A DNA stretch of 64,000 nucleotides, taken from contig CAJAXK010000053.1 of assembly GCA_903946925.1 (NCBI GenBank), forward strand, positions 5,558-69,557, in the 5' to 3' direction. Positions 18,976 through 28,188 of the stretch are shown piece by piece (positions within the stretch are counted from its first letter, which is position 1; each line of letters opens with the position of its first letter). The stretch is from an uncultured Bacteroidales bacterium. GTDB lineage: Bacteria > Bacteroidota > Bacteroidia > Bacteroidales > UBA4417. Both the position numbers and the translations under genes were made by a program. The notes below the pieces were generated by a model. It ran no database searches. It was not told the origin of the DNA and saw only the letters and a program-made list of their open reading frames with translations.

Positions 18976-19223
18976 TATTTATCTGTAATCAGGCTTGGGT
19001 AAAAATACACCCAAAAGTACTTATTTCCAGAAATTTGCCAAAAGATTAACAAACAGAATATTGATAGGTTTTTTCTGAAAATTAAACCTACATGACTTAC
19101 CAGAAAAAATTACCAGATTTAAAGTAAACTGCATAGCATTCAATAATTTATGGTAAGCTAAACACTAATCATCAAATTAATTGTGTCCGTTTAATTAAGT
19201 GAGCCATCCGCAGATATTCTGGT

Positions 19224-20741
19224 TTAGAGCAATTTCAATTGGTTGTCAACCTTCGTGTTTTTGGGTTTTCGGCCACGGTTTTTCTTGTCGCTTTGTATGC
19301 TGATATTCTTGTACTGCTTGTATTTCAGTCCAATATATCCAAGTTTGAAAAACATGTAAGTATTTGTCTTATCTAATTTAAGATTGGAGAGTATGTTTTT
19401 ATCGGTGGTTTTCCTGAACTTGTTTACATAAACAGTAATATCCGAAATATGTTTCGATTCAATTGATGCTTCAAGGTATTCTTTAACCAATTCCTTGATG
19501 GTTCCGGTTTTTACTTTTTCCCATTCTTTTAAGGCATACGTGCTGGTTTTTCCAATGGCGACTACTTCTTCGATACTAAGAATGGAAGAGCGCAGGGATT
19601 CGATATTGGGTGGGATTCGTTTCGATCTGTTTTTCAATTCTTTACATATTTCAGTCAGTTTCATGGGGCGACCCACTTCGGCCAAAATACTTACAATATG
19701 TTCGGAAAGCTTAACAAGTGAGTTACGTTTGAAAATTAATTTTGTTTTATCGTAACCAAGCCCAAATTCTTCTGTTGCCATACGTTTGCAAATTTGTTTC
19801 AGCCTGTCGTTCACAATTTGGCCTGGTAAAACAAAATTGTTGAGGTATGTTATGATGTCAATTTCCTGGTCGTTTACAATCCGTACCGAATTCCGTTCTT
19901 CAATATCGTATATAAATGCTTTAAAATCAAATACTTCTTTATACTTGCGGGCAACCAGGTAGTAATGTTGATAATTGTTTTCTAAACTTTGTGTGGCAAT
20001 AAAATAACGTTGAAAAACCCCGGCAAAAACCAACGAATATAGTTTGCCTGTATAATTTAGGTTTTCCCTTTTGTTTATCATATCCACCAAATCCTGGTCA
20101 ATAACAATAATTTCCTTTTTTAGGTCAAGGCCATAATCGAAATGCTTGTCAATATTTACAAACCTGTGCGAAATTTTGCTTATGGCATCAAAAACTTTAT
20201 CAGGCACCTTTTGTGATATTTGTCTAACGCGTTCCCTTGTAATGCTGTAATGATCGCCAATTGCCTGAAGGGTACGCTTATGCGATTTTTCAATAAACCC
20301 ATAATTGTTGTTGAAAATGTACTTTTCCCGTTCGTTGAGTATGTATGTGATCATGGTTTGAACATAACTGAACAGAGGAAAATCCTTTGAGATAAATGAG
20401 TCTTTATAAACTTCAGTTATTTCGGATGGTACTTTGAAATTAACAAAACAAAATAGCTTGAAGTCTTCAAAACCAAGTAGGGGTTCGTTCATCCTAATGT
20501 TTTCCAAGGTCAACCCCGAAATGGCCAAATATTTTTTCGACATGTTTATCAGTTCCTGATCTGTTTTAAGCCCACAATTCCTGATATCGCGAAATGTACC
20601 CCGTTCGAGAAAATAATATAGGATTTTAAAAAGCGTGTCGAGGGAACCTTCGATACAAACATTTTTTGTCCGTTCCGATAGGTTTTCCATACTTTTAAGT
20701 TCTTCAATATGGTAATTGATTAGTTTCGATAAAGGAGTCAT
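19224..20741 (-). CDS. Multi-HTH hypothetical protein (RpoA-CTD-like HhH + sigma-70 region-4-like HTH + HARE-HTH-like domain)
   Basis: LSERTKNVCIEGSLDTLFKIL..IRNCGLKTDQELINM (alpha-CTD-like); RTLQAIGDHYSITRERVRQISQKV (sigma r4-like); HIVSILAEVGRPMKLTEICKEL..TSTYALKEW (HARE-HTH-like). Visibly AT-richer than its neighbours. Confidence 0.5.
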   Translation of the reverse strand: MTPLSKLINYHIEELKSMENLSERTKNVCIEGSLDTLFKILYYFLERGTFRDIRNCGLKTDQELINMSKKYLAISGLTLENIRMNEPLLGFEDFKLFCFVNFKVPSEITEVYKDSFISKDFPLFSYVQTMITYILNEREKYIFNNNYGFIEKSHKRTLQAIGDHYSITRERVRQISQKVPDKVFDAISKISHRFVNIDKHFDYGLDLKKEIIVIDQDLVDMINKRENLNYTGKLYSLVFAGVFQRYFIATQSLENNYQHYYLVARKYKEVFDFKAFIYDIEERNSVRIVNDQEIDIITYLNNFVLPGQIVNDRLKQICKRMATEEFGLGYDKTKLIFKRNSLVKLSEHIVSILAEVGRPMKLTEICKELKNRSKRIPPNIESLRSSILSIEEVVAIGKTSTYALKEWEKVKTGTIKELVKEYLEASIESKHISDITVYVNKFRKTTDKNILSNLKLDKTNTYMFFKLGYIGLKYKQYKNISIQSDKKNRGRKPKNTKVDNQLKLL

Positions 20742-20777
20742 GTGGAATTGATTTTAAATTGTCAAGGCTAAAACCTA

Positions 20778-20785
20778 CAAATTTA
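20778..20785 (-). promoter_or_regulatory. Candidate -7 box TAAATTTG for the multi-HTH gene
   Basis: The plus strand reads caaattta, 37 nt upstream of the ATG at 20741. Confidence 0.35.
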
Positions 20786-20825
20786 AACAAATTTTTATTT
20801 AATTAAACAGGAAAATCGATTAGAA

Positions 20826-21611
20826 TCAAATAATATTTTTATAAAGCTGTTTGCATATTTCATAACATATTATTCCATTGGCAATGGATGCATTTAATGA
20901 TTCAGCATAATTTGCTGATGTATTTGCCATAAAATGAGGTATATAGACCGGTTCGTTTACAAAAGGCACCAGTTTTTCGGAAATCCCGTGCGATTCGCTT
21001 CCAATCAGTATTATGCCTTTTTTGCGAAACGATTTTTCTGATATGTCTGGCCCATCGAGCAATGCACCAAAAACAGGTATTGTTGATGGCAACCTGCTAA
21101 AAAATTCAAGCAAGTCAACATAAAACACTTCTACCCGGCTGAAGGATCCCATGGTAGCCTGCACTACTTTTGGGTTATACACGTCCACCGAATCGGATGA
21201 ACAAACTATTTTATTTATTCCGAACCAATCGGCTGTTCGGATTATGGTTCCCATGTTACCCGGATCGCGGATGCCATCCAATGCCAGCATCATGCTGTTA
21301 AACCCACTAATGTCGGGCAATTCCTGCATTGGTATATCAGCAACGGCAATTACAAGGTTTGGGCTTAGTAGGTCGCTTACTTTTTTTAACTCATCGGGTG
21401 TAATTTCTTGTATTTCGGTTTTCCGGTTTTCGAGTAGCGAATAGTTGGCATCAATCCATTCGCGCAAAGCGAAAACCTTAACAATATGCAAAGTGCTTTT
21501 TAAAAGCTCAGCCACTCCTTTTTCGCCTTCGACAAAAAATGCGTTATGTTGATAACGATACTTTTTGATTTTCAGCGAGTTGATGTATTTTATCTGGTTG
21601 TGCGAAAGCAT
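20826..21611 (-). CDS. TrmH/SpoU-family RNA 2'-O-methyltransferase
   Basis: LDGIRDPGNMGTIIRTA, ILIGSESHGIS and ESLNASIANGIICYE SpoU motifs. Confidence 0.8.
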   Translation of the reverse strand: MLSHNQIKYINSLKIKKYRYQHNAFFVEGEKGVAELLKSTLHIVKVFALREWIDANYSLLENRKTEIQEITPDELKKVSDLLSPNLVIAVADIPMQELPDISGFNSMMLALDGIRDPGNMGTIIRTADWFGINKIVCSSDSVDVYNPKVVQATMGSFSRVEVFYVDLLEFFSRLPSTIPVFGALLDGPDISEKSFRKKGIILIGSESHGISEKLVPFVNEPVYIPHFMANTSANYAESLNASIANGIICYEICKQLYKNII

Positions 21612-21628
21612 AAAATCTGTGTTTGGTG

Positions 21629-21660
21629 TAAAAAAAAATCCCGGGGTTAAGCCGGGATTA
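21629..21660 (-). terminator. Rho-independent terminator after rplI
   Basis: The minus strand reads AATCCCGGCTTAACCCCGGGATT followed by TTTTTTTTT. Confidence 0.65.
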
Positions 21661-21693
21661 AATTAGCAAATATTATGTTGCCAAAAGGTAGGA

Positions 21694-22143
21694 TTATTCA
21701 GCAACAACTTCAAAGTTGATGGTTACCTGCAAATCCTTGTGTAAACGGATGTTAGCGGTGTAGCTGCCAACTTCTTTGATAGATTCGCCATCAACATGGA
21801 TTTTCTTGCGGTCAATTTCAATCTTGAATTGTTCCTGTAATGCATCAGCAATTTGTATTGCGTTAACCGAACCGTAAATTTTTCCGGTTGCGGCGGCTTT
21901 TGCACCAATTTTTACAGTTATGTTCTCCAACGATTTAGCTACCAAATCAGCTTCTTTGCGTGTTTTTTGCGCTTTGAAAGCTTTTTGGCGGAGGTTCTCG
22001 GCATTGATCTTTTTGTTAGGTTCGGTTGCCATTACTGCATGTCCTTGTGGGATAAGGAAGTTGCGGGCATATCCGTCTTTTACGGTTACTACGTCGTGTG
22101 CGTAACCTAATGTGGTTACATCTTTTTTAAGTATAATTTCCAT
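21694..22143 (-). CDS. rplI: 50S ribosomal protein L9
   Basis: MEIILKKDV..GY..VKDGYARNFLIPQG. Last gene of the rpsF-rpsR-rplI order. Confidence 0.95.
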   Translation of the reverse strand: MEIILKKDVTTLGYAHDVVTVKDGYARNFLIPQGHAVMATEPNKKINAENLRQKAFKAQKTRKEADLVAKSLENITVKIGAKAAATGKIYGSVNAIQIADALQEQFKIEIDRKKIHVDGESIKEVGSYTANIRLHKDLQVTINFEVVAE

Positions 22144-22154
22144 TTAGCCTCCTA

Positions 22155-22427
22155 CTATTTTAATAAGTCTGCAACATAAGGTAATAACGACAAATGACGG
22201 GCGCGTTTTACAGCCTGGGCTACTTTGCGCTGGTACTTTGTACTTGTACCGGTTAACCGGCGTGGTAAAATTTTACCCTGCTCGTTGATAAACTTGAGCA
22301 AGAAGTCAGCATCCTTGTAATCTATGTATTTAATGCCGCTCTTTTTGAACCGGCAGTATTTTTTCTTTTTGACATCAACCGTTATGGGAGTCAGGTATTT
22401 GATATCCGAATTTCCTTGTGTGGCCAT
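22155..22427 (-). CDS. rpsR: 30S ribosomal protein S18
   Basis: [52 protein letters not shown]. Confidence 0.95.
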   Translation of the reverse strand: MATQGNSDIKYLTPITVDVKKKKYCRFKKSGIKYIDYKDADFLLKFINEQGKILPRRLTGTSTKYQRKVAQAVKRARHLSLLPYVADLLK

Positions 22428-22451
22428 TTTTCTGATTTTTTAGGGTTACAA

Positions 22452-22811
22452 TTAAGCTTGTGCTTTTTCTTCAGCTTTGGCCGCTTTTCTGGCACGGCGT
22501 TTAGCACTGTAAGCAACAGCATGTTTGTCGAGGACTACGGTAAGGAAGCGCAGGATGCGCTCATCGCGTTTCAGCGCAACCTCGAAATCGTGAATCAGCT
22601 TGCCCTCGGCATGGAATTCAACAAGGTGGTAAAAACCTGTCGATTTCTTCTGGATTGGATAAGCCAATTTACGAAGACCCCAATTGTCCTCGTTAATAAT
22701 TGTAGCGCCTTTATCGGAAAGGAGCTTTTGGAACTTGTTTACCGTTTCCTTCATCTGTTCATCAGATAAAACGGGAGTCATAATGAAAACGGCTTCGTAC
22801 TGTCTAATCAT
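22452..22811 (-). CDS. rpsF: 30S ribosomal protein S6
   Basis: [33 protein letters not shown]. Confidence 0.95.
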   Translation of the reverse strand: MIRQYEAVFIMTPVLSDEQMKETVNKFQKLLSDKGATIINEDNWGLRKLAYPIQKKSTGFYHLVEFHAEGKLIHDFEVALKRDERILRFLTVVLDKHAVAYSAKRRARKAAKAEEKAQA

Positions 22812-22862
22812 TTGTGTTACTTTAATTTAGTTAATGTAATATTGATTTTTACAAATGGAGTG

Positions 22863-22870
22863 CAAAAGTA
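22863..22870 (-). promoter_or_regulatory. Candidate -7 box TACTTTTG for rpsF-rpsR-rplI
   Basis: The plus strand reads caaaagta, about 50 nt upstream of the rpsF ATG. Confidence 0.45.
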
Positions 22871-22975
22871 CAAATTTATTTTAAGTAAAAAGCAGTTTGG
22901 GTATTATTTCCTGAAATTTACTTGTGTATTAACCCTTATCGGAGAAAGGGCACCATTATTTGACAGAAAATAATT

Positions 22976-24172
22976 TCAAAACAACCTGTACCCAATTATT
23001 AACCAAATAATCTGGCAATCAGTAAACCAATTAGGATAACCGCTTAATATTTCCCTTTCGGGGCTATAACGTGCTTCGGCACTTATCCGCTTGTAGGCAA
23101 CCCCAGCCCCAAGAGCTATGCTTCCTTTGGTTTTTATTATAACCGGTGCTGCATATTGGTAATCGAAAAGGATTTGCGAATCGAATGTAATCCCTGTGTT
23201 AATAACCAGAAATGCATCTAAAAATATATTGAGATCATCCTTTAAATAAAAGTAATGCCTTACCCCAAAAGGTATTTCAATGGATTGATAATCAATAGTT
23301 GCGTTGCCTAATTGGTTGGTGCCGTTAGCTTTGAAATACAAGTACGATGGTTCGGCAATTAAACCCCATTTGTTTTTCATGAAGGGAAGCATATACTCAG
23401 CCTCCATCCCGAACCTAAAGCCAGTTTTGTTCCCAAAGTCAGTAGATCGTTCGGGTGTAGTTATATCTTTTACCGCAATAGAAGTAAAGGTGATTCCGGG
23501 TGTTACCCTCAGGTTGAACTGATTGGCGAAACTACGTTTATTAACTTGCTCGGTTTTTCCACCCATGCAACTGTTATATTTTTGAAAATATCGGGTCAGT
23601 TCATTTTTGGAGTACCTAATATTCCCAACTTGATCCATGCCCACATCGCCACATTTCACTTCCATCCAAAGTTGCTGCCTGAATTCAGTGTTGGAAGCAA
23701 TTTCGTTGTTGCCTGCAAAGTATTCTTTAAAAATGAGTTGTTTCAATGTTGAGTCGCCTACTTTGTAAAAGTAACGTACAAATACATTTTCGGAATAGTA
23801 ATAGAGCGTTGCTTTGCCTTCCACTAACACTTTCAGGAAAAGCCGCTCTTCCGACCAGGAAGGGTTTCGCGTTTTGGAAAGCTTGTCCATATCCATGGAT
23901 GAGCGGTCAATCCGGGTATCGAAACGCACGTATTTTGAAGAACCGGTAATCCCAAATTCTTTTACACTGTCTATCGTCGCTGTTTGGGTGGCATTTTTTT
24001 CATTGAGTTTGAAGTCAAATTCTTTCGGGGAATTAGACCATTCAAGGTTTTTGATCTTACATTCAACCCGCTGGTTATTGTTGCCGATATAGTATCCTGG
24101 CTCAAAGTTATTCTGCGCAAAGCAAGTAAAAGCTATTAGGGCGAGGGAAAGAAAAAGGAATAGTGTTTTCAT
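22976..24172 (-). CDS. Hypothetical outer-membrane protein (N-terminal globular domain + C-terminal beta-barrel), paralog A
   Basis: The real start is taken at the ATG at 24172 (MKTLFLFLSLALIAFTCFAQ signal peptide); the track ORF is extended through a non-ATG start. Alternating-hydrophobic C-terminal strands end in F. Collinear similarity to the next gene. Confidence 0.6.
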   Translation of the reverse strand: MKTLFLFLSLALIAFTCFAQNNFEPGYYIGNNNQRVECKIKNLEWSNSPKEFDFKLNEKNATQTATIDSVKEFGITGSSKYVRFDTRIDRSSMDMDKLSKTRNPSWSEERLFLKVLVEGKATLYYYSENVFVRYFYKVGDSTLKQLIFKEYFAGNNEIASNTEFRQQLWMEVKCGDVGMDQVGNIRYSKNELTRYFQKYNSCMGGKTEQVNKRSFANQFNLRVTPGITFTSIAVKDITTPERSTDFGNKTGFRFGMEAEYMLPFMKNKWGLIAEPSYLYFKANGTNQLGNATIDYQSIEIPFGVRHYFYLKDDLNIFLDAFLVINTGITFDSQILFDYQYAAPVIIKTKGSIALGAGVAYKRISAEARYSPEREILSGYPNWFTDCQIIWLIIGYRLF

Positions 24173-24245
24173 AGATTTGGATTTATTTTTAGATTTCGAT
24201 TTTTGCTTTATGAAGGCCCATAACCTCTGATTTCGAATCGGCAAC

Positions 24246-25442
24246 TTAAAAAATAATGAACCCAACAAGCAGCGCAAGCCGAGTATAACCGGAAGACCAA
24301 AAATCTGAATTGGCGATAAGTTTACGGTCGGTGTAGTAGCGGAATTCCGTGCTCAGTTTTTTGTATTTCAAGCCTCCGCCAACCGAAAAGCTTACTTTTG
24401 TTTTAAGCTGGACTGGAATCGAGTAGGAATAATCCAAAACCACCGACGAGTTGAATACGAATCCCGCGCCTGGAATAATGTTGGCGTTTAGGAAAACACC
24501 GAAATATTTGTTCAAATAAAAGTGGTGCTTTATGCCAAAAGGGAAATCAATGGAATGAAATTCAATTGTGGCGGCGCCAATGCTGTTTTCAGTTGATTGA
24601 TCAAGAAATTGGTAGGTGGGTTCGGCAGTTATCCCCCATTTTCTTTTGGCAAAGGGCAACAGGTACTCTGCTTCAACCCCAATTTGAAAATAGTATTGCT
24701 TGGTAAAGTTGAAATCGTATTCCTTATTTTTGTTGTGCTCAATGCTGAATTCAGTGAGATTGATTCCCGGTTTCAAACTCACATGAAACAGGTTTTTTGG
24801 CGGTTGGTACTTAAAAACCTTGAATATTGAACCCGAACATTCGTTGTATTGCTTGAAATATTTTTCCAGATCTTTGCGGTTATAACCAATATTTTTAGCT
24901 GGGGTTACGCTATCGTTTGGGCATTTTAGGGCAGCGGCCAACTGGCTCTTATAGGTAGAATTGGTAAGTAATCGATCGTTTTGGTTTGTATATTGTTTGT
25001 AAACCAATTGGGAAATATCGCCTTCACCAACCTTATAAAAAAAGCGCTCAGTAGCCAAATCCTGATAATAATAGAGTGATGCCTCGCCTTCGACTATTAC
25101 TTTCAACAGTAATTTTTCTACCGACCAAAATGGGTTTTTGTCAATGGAGATATAGGAAAACTCAGCAGAGGAGCGATCGATGCTGGTTGTAACTTGTATA
25201 TATTTAACGGAATTTTCAATCTCGAATGATTTAATTGCTGAAATATCAATAGATTGAACCATTCCTGAATCGGAAACGCTGTATTCCAATTGTTTAGGGG
25301 GTTTTACCCAATTATAATTTTTAATAACACACTCTATTTTGTCGTTGTTTTCGAGGATAATCAGCCCTTTTTCAAAACCTGTTTGCCCAAAAGCAAGGGT
25401 TGGGAAGAGTATCAGCAACAGGGTAAATAGTTTATTTGGCAT
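24246..25442 (-). CDS. Hypothetical outer-membrane protein, paralog B
   Basis: Signal peptide MPNKLFTLLLILFPTLAFGQ. Shares with paralog A the blocks ECxIKNxxWxxxPKxxEY, LLLKVxVEGxAxLYYY, RxFYKVG, KYFQxYNxC and EAEYxLPFxKxKWGxxAEP. Confidence 0.6.
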   Translation of the reverse strand: MPNKLFTLLLILFPTLAFGQTGFEKGLIILENNDKIECVIKNYNWVKPPKQLEYSVSDSGMVQSIDISAIKSFEIENSVKYIQVTTSIDRSSAEFSYISIDKNPFWSVEKLLLKVIVEGEASLYYYQDLATERFFYKVGEGDISQLVYKQYTNQNDRLLTNSTYKSQLAAALKCPNDSVTPAKNIGYNRKDLEKYFKQYNECSGSIFKVFKYQPPKNLFHVSLKPGINLTEFSIEHNKNKEYDFNFTKQYYFQIGVEAEYLLPFAKRKWGITAEPTYQFLDQSTENSIGAATIEFHSIDFPFGIKHHFYLNKYFGVFLNANIIPGAGFVFNSSVVLDYSYSIPVQLKTKVSFSVGGGLKYKKLSTEFRYYTDRKLIANSDFWSSGYTRLALLVGFIIF

Positions 25443-25711
25443 GAATGGTTTTTGTGAATAACATCAACATTCGATCAGGTGAATTGCATTTGGTCAAGTT
25501 GCCTTAAATACTTTTGGCGTTTCGTATGCCCACCAACCCAATTTTGTAAATTGACCCAAGATGTTATGATTTGGCAAGTATGGGATTTGCATAAAGTCAA
25601 GTTCCATTTACAATGTAGGAATTTCGATTGACAAGTAGTAACAACTGAAAACATATTGAAATTTGCAATTCGTTCATTTTAGGATGAAACAAGTTTAAAT
25701 ACTAACCCAAA

Positions 25712-26872
25712 TCAAATATTTTTGGGCATTTGGCCCAATAAGGTGCTGCAAATAAATTCTGCCGCATGGCCATCACCAAAAATTTCGGGAAAGGTGAGTT
25801 GATTGTTTTGAAGGAAATTCTTTACTGCCTCAACAATTTTCCCTTCATCTGCATCGGCAATAATCCCTGCGCCGTTTTCAATAATTTCGGTCCATTCGGT
25901 TTCGGAACGGACAACTATCAAAGGCTTTTTAAAGAAATATGCCTCTTTTTGAACACCTCCGGAATCGGTAAGGATTAACCTGGAGTTTTTTTCAAGCATG
26001 ATCATTTCCAGATATGACGCTGGTGCAATAATGTGGATATTTTTGTTGGTGCTTAACCTCTGATATAAGTCGTCAGGTAAGCTGCTTTCAATAATTTTTG
26101 AGGTACGCGGATGAAGGGGGAAAACGATTTTTAGCCCAAGATTTTCTTCAATAAAGCACAAAGCACTGATTATCTGTTTTAGGCGTTCAAGGGAATCTGT
26201 ATTGTTGTCGCGATGGATGGTACAAAGTAAAAACTCATTTTCTTGAAGGTTCAGGTTTTGCATGATGGCAGTCTTTTGTACTGCCATTTCCGAAAAGTGA
26301 ATCAGGTTATCGAACATTATATCGCCACAATGAAAAACACCGGGATTATCGGCTGAAAAAGGTGCCTGGTTTCCAACTACAAAACCTTCATGCTCAAGGT
26401 TTTTTATACCGGTTTTTGTTGGGACAAACAAAAGGGTAGAAGCATGGTCGCACATAATGCGGTTGATTTCCTCTGGCATTTTTTTGTTGAACGAACGCAG
26501 ACCCGCTTCGATATGTACAACCGGGATTTGTAGTTTAATTCCCGCCAAAGCTCCCGCCATAGTTGAATTAGTATCGCCGTACAAAACTATATAATCGGGT
26601 TTTTCGCAAAGCAAAATTTCTTCAATGCCTTGCAACATTTTTGCCGTTTGCTGCCCATGTGATGCCGAACCAATATTTAGGTTGATGTTTGGTTTTGGGA
26701 TGTCGAGTTCCTCGAAAAACACTTCCGACATATTGTTGTCGTAATGTTGACCGGTATGGATAATAAATTCGCTTATTTTGTCAGAAAACAAATTCCGGAT
26801 GCAACGGCTCAAGGCAGCAGCTTTAATAATCTGAGGACGCGCGCCAACTATGGTAACAATTTTAAGCATCAA
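25712..26872 (-). CDS. wecB: UDP-N-acetylglucosamine 2-epimerase (non-hydrolysing)
   Basis: IVTIVGARPQIIKAA, HIEAGLRSF, LILTDSGGVQKEA. Confidence 0.85.
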   Translation of the reverse strand: MMLKIVTIVGARPQIIKAAALSRCIRNLFSDKISEFIIHTGQHYDNNMSEVFFEELDIPKPNINLNIGSASHGQQTAKMLQGIEEILLCEKPDYIVLYGDTNSTMAGALAGIKLQIPVVHIEAGLRSFNKKMPEEINRIMCDHASTLLFVPTKTGIKNLEHEGFVVGNQAPFSADNPGVFHCGDIMFDNLIHFSEMAVQKTAIMQNLNLQENEFLLCTIHRDNNTDSLERLKQIISALCFIEENLGLKIVFPLHPRTSKIIESSLPDDLYQRLSTNKNIHIIAPASYLEMIMLEKNSRLILTDSGGVQKEAYFFKKPLIVVRSETEWTEIIENGAGIIADADEGKIVEAVKNFLQNNQLTFPEIFGDGHAAEFICSTLLGQMPKNI

Positions 26873-26909
26873 AAATTTTCCGTCTAAATGTTAAATGGTT
26901 ATTGGTTAA

Positions 26910-27017
26910 TCCGCAATCCGCAATCCGCAATCCGCAATCCGACATCCACAATCCGACATCCGCAATCCGACATCCGCAATCCGACATCCGACATCCACAA
27001 TCCGACATCCGACATCC
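26910..27017. repeat. Heptamer array CCGCAAT/CCGACAT (reverse complement of the GGATTNN family)
   Basis: ccgcaat ccgcaat ccgcaat ccgcaat ccgacat ccacaat ... It fills the gap from the radC stop toward the wecB start. Confidence 0.9.
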
Positions 27018-27713
27018 CTAAATAATCCCTTCGTCAGCAAAACTATAATAAATACCGTCACCAACAATAATATGGTCGAGTACAGGTAAATCGAGGGTGA
27101 GCCCTGCTGCTTTCAGTCTTTTTGTCAAATCAATGTCCGACTGGCTGGGGGTTACTTGTCCTGAAGGATGGTTATGGCCAAGAATGATGGAGGTTGCGTT
27201 GTTGTCGAGCGCAATTTTAAATACTTTTCGCTGATCTACAATCGTACCTGATATTCCTCCATCGCTAATCTTTACAATCCTTACCACTTTGTTGGCCCTG
27301 TTTAGCAACAATACACAAAATGTTTCGTAGTTCAAATCGCTAAGTTCTTTTTGGAATAAAAGGTATGCCGTTTTACTATCTTTTATTAACGGTTTTTCAC
27401 TCATTACCGAAGTGCTCCTTCGCCGCCCAAGTTCAAGTGCCGCAGCAATTGTAATTGCTTTGGCTTCGCCTATTCCTTTAAACCTTTGCAAATCGGTAAG
27501 TGTAAGCCTGGCCAATTCAGCCAAATTATCGTTCACTTCATTCAATATCCGTTTGCAAAGTGCCACTGCCGATTCCTGGGCATTGCCTGAGCCAATAAGT
27601 ATTGCAATTAATTCGGCATTGCTAAGGGCAGCAGGCCCTTTGTTCATTAGCTTTTCTCGTGGTTGGTCATCCTCGGCCCAATCTTTAATAGAAGTTTTCT
27701 GGATTTTGTCCAT
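27018..27713 (-). CDS. radC: RadC-family JAB-domain protein
   Basis: HhH FKGIGEAKA and JAMM motif ILGHNHPSG. Confidence 0.85.
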   Translation of the reverse strand: MDKIQKTSIKDWAEDDQPREKLMNKGPAALSNAELIAILIGSGNAQESAVALCKRILNEVNDNLAELARLTLTDLQRFKGIGEAKAITIAAALELGRRRSTSVMSEKPLIKDSKTAYLLFQKELSDLNYETFCVLLLNRANKVVRIVKISDGGISGTIVDQRKVFKIALDNNATSIILGHNHPSGQVTPSQSDIDLTKRLKAAGLTLDLPVLDHIIVGDGIYYSFADEGII

Positions 27714-27770
27714 TGCTTTTGCTTAAAAGTACAAAATAATAAATTTTTAAAATACAAAACTATATAAAAT

Positions 27771-27800
27771 AAAAAAGCCCCTGTTTCCAGAGGCTTTTTG
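27771..27800 (-). terminator. Terminator hairpin after rpsT
   Basis: The minus strand reads AAAAAGCCTCTGGAAACAGGGGCTTTTTTATTTT. Confidence 0.55.
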
Positions 27801-27813
27801 CAAGAAATACTAT

Positions 27814-28065
27814 TTATAGAGCATTTACCTTTTTGGTTAGCTTCGATTTTAAGTTCGCAGCTTTGTTTTTGTGTATTATGCTCTTCTTGGCAAGTTTATC
27901 AATAAGGGAAACCAGCGAAGGAAGTTTTTCGGAGGCAACAGCTTTGTCTTCCAAATCCCTAAAACTTTTGATAGCGTTACGCATTGTTTTTGCGTAATAG
28001 CGGTTACGAAGCCTTTTCTTTTCGTTTGCTCTGATCCTTTTTAAGGACGACTTGTGGTTTGCCAT
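27814..28065 (-). CDS. rpsT: 30S ribosomal protein S20
   Basis: [22 protein letters not shown]. Confidence 0.9.
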   Translation of the reverse strand: MANHKSSLKRIRANEKKRLRNRYYAKTMRNAIKSFRDLEDKAVASEKLPSLVSLIDKLAKKSIIHKNKAANLKSKLTKKVNAL

Positions 28066-28089
28066 TGTAAAACTTTAAAATGTTGTTAG

Positions 28090-28161
28090 TAGTCCGTAGG
28101 GGAATCGAACCCCTGTTACCAGGATGAAAACCTGACGTCCTAACCCCTAGACGAACGGACC
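28090..28161 (-). tRNA. tRNA-Glu (anticodon UUC)
   Basis: The minus strand reads GGTCCGTTCGTCTAGGGGTTAGGACGTCAGGTTTTCATCCTGGTAACAGGGGTTCGATTCCCCTACGGACTA. It folds by hand into a cloverleaf: 7-bp acceptor stem, TCAGG/CCTGG anticodon stem, loop TTTTCAT, and T-arm AGGGG-TTCGATT-CCCCT. CCA is not encoded. Confidence 0.9.
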
Positions 28162-28180
28162 ATTCTGTTTTTTGAGGCTG

Positions 28181-28188
28181 CAAAGGTA
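28181..28188 (-). promoter_or_regulatory. Candidate -7 box TACCTTTG for tRNA-Glu
   Basis: The plus strand reads caaaggta, 20 nt upstream of the tRNA 5' end. Confidence 0.45.

Noticed and set aside
18837-19100. Lysine (L-box) riboswitch upstream of lysC
   Set aside because: I looked for the conserved L-box cores in the minus-strand leader and did not find them. Only generic hairpins are present.
22976-24277. Extended starts in the track for the OMP paralog A (24277), nuoB (56130), TonB receptor (61520), PPTase (38307) and S9 peptidase (5372)
   Set aside because: The extensions begin at non-ATG codons, overlap upstream genes or spacers, and precede obvious signal peptides or conserved N-termini. 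Internal ATGs were chosen at 24172, 55938, 61484, 38382 and 5378.
25508-25515. Plus-strand TACTTTTG box in the spacer between the OMP paralog and wecB (both minus-strand genes)
   Set aside because: No plus-strand gene follows it. One exact match could arise by chance in AT-rich DNA. It is noted only because a weak copy of the dispersed-repeat 5' module lies about 80 bp downstream.
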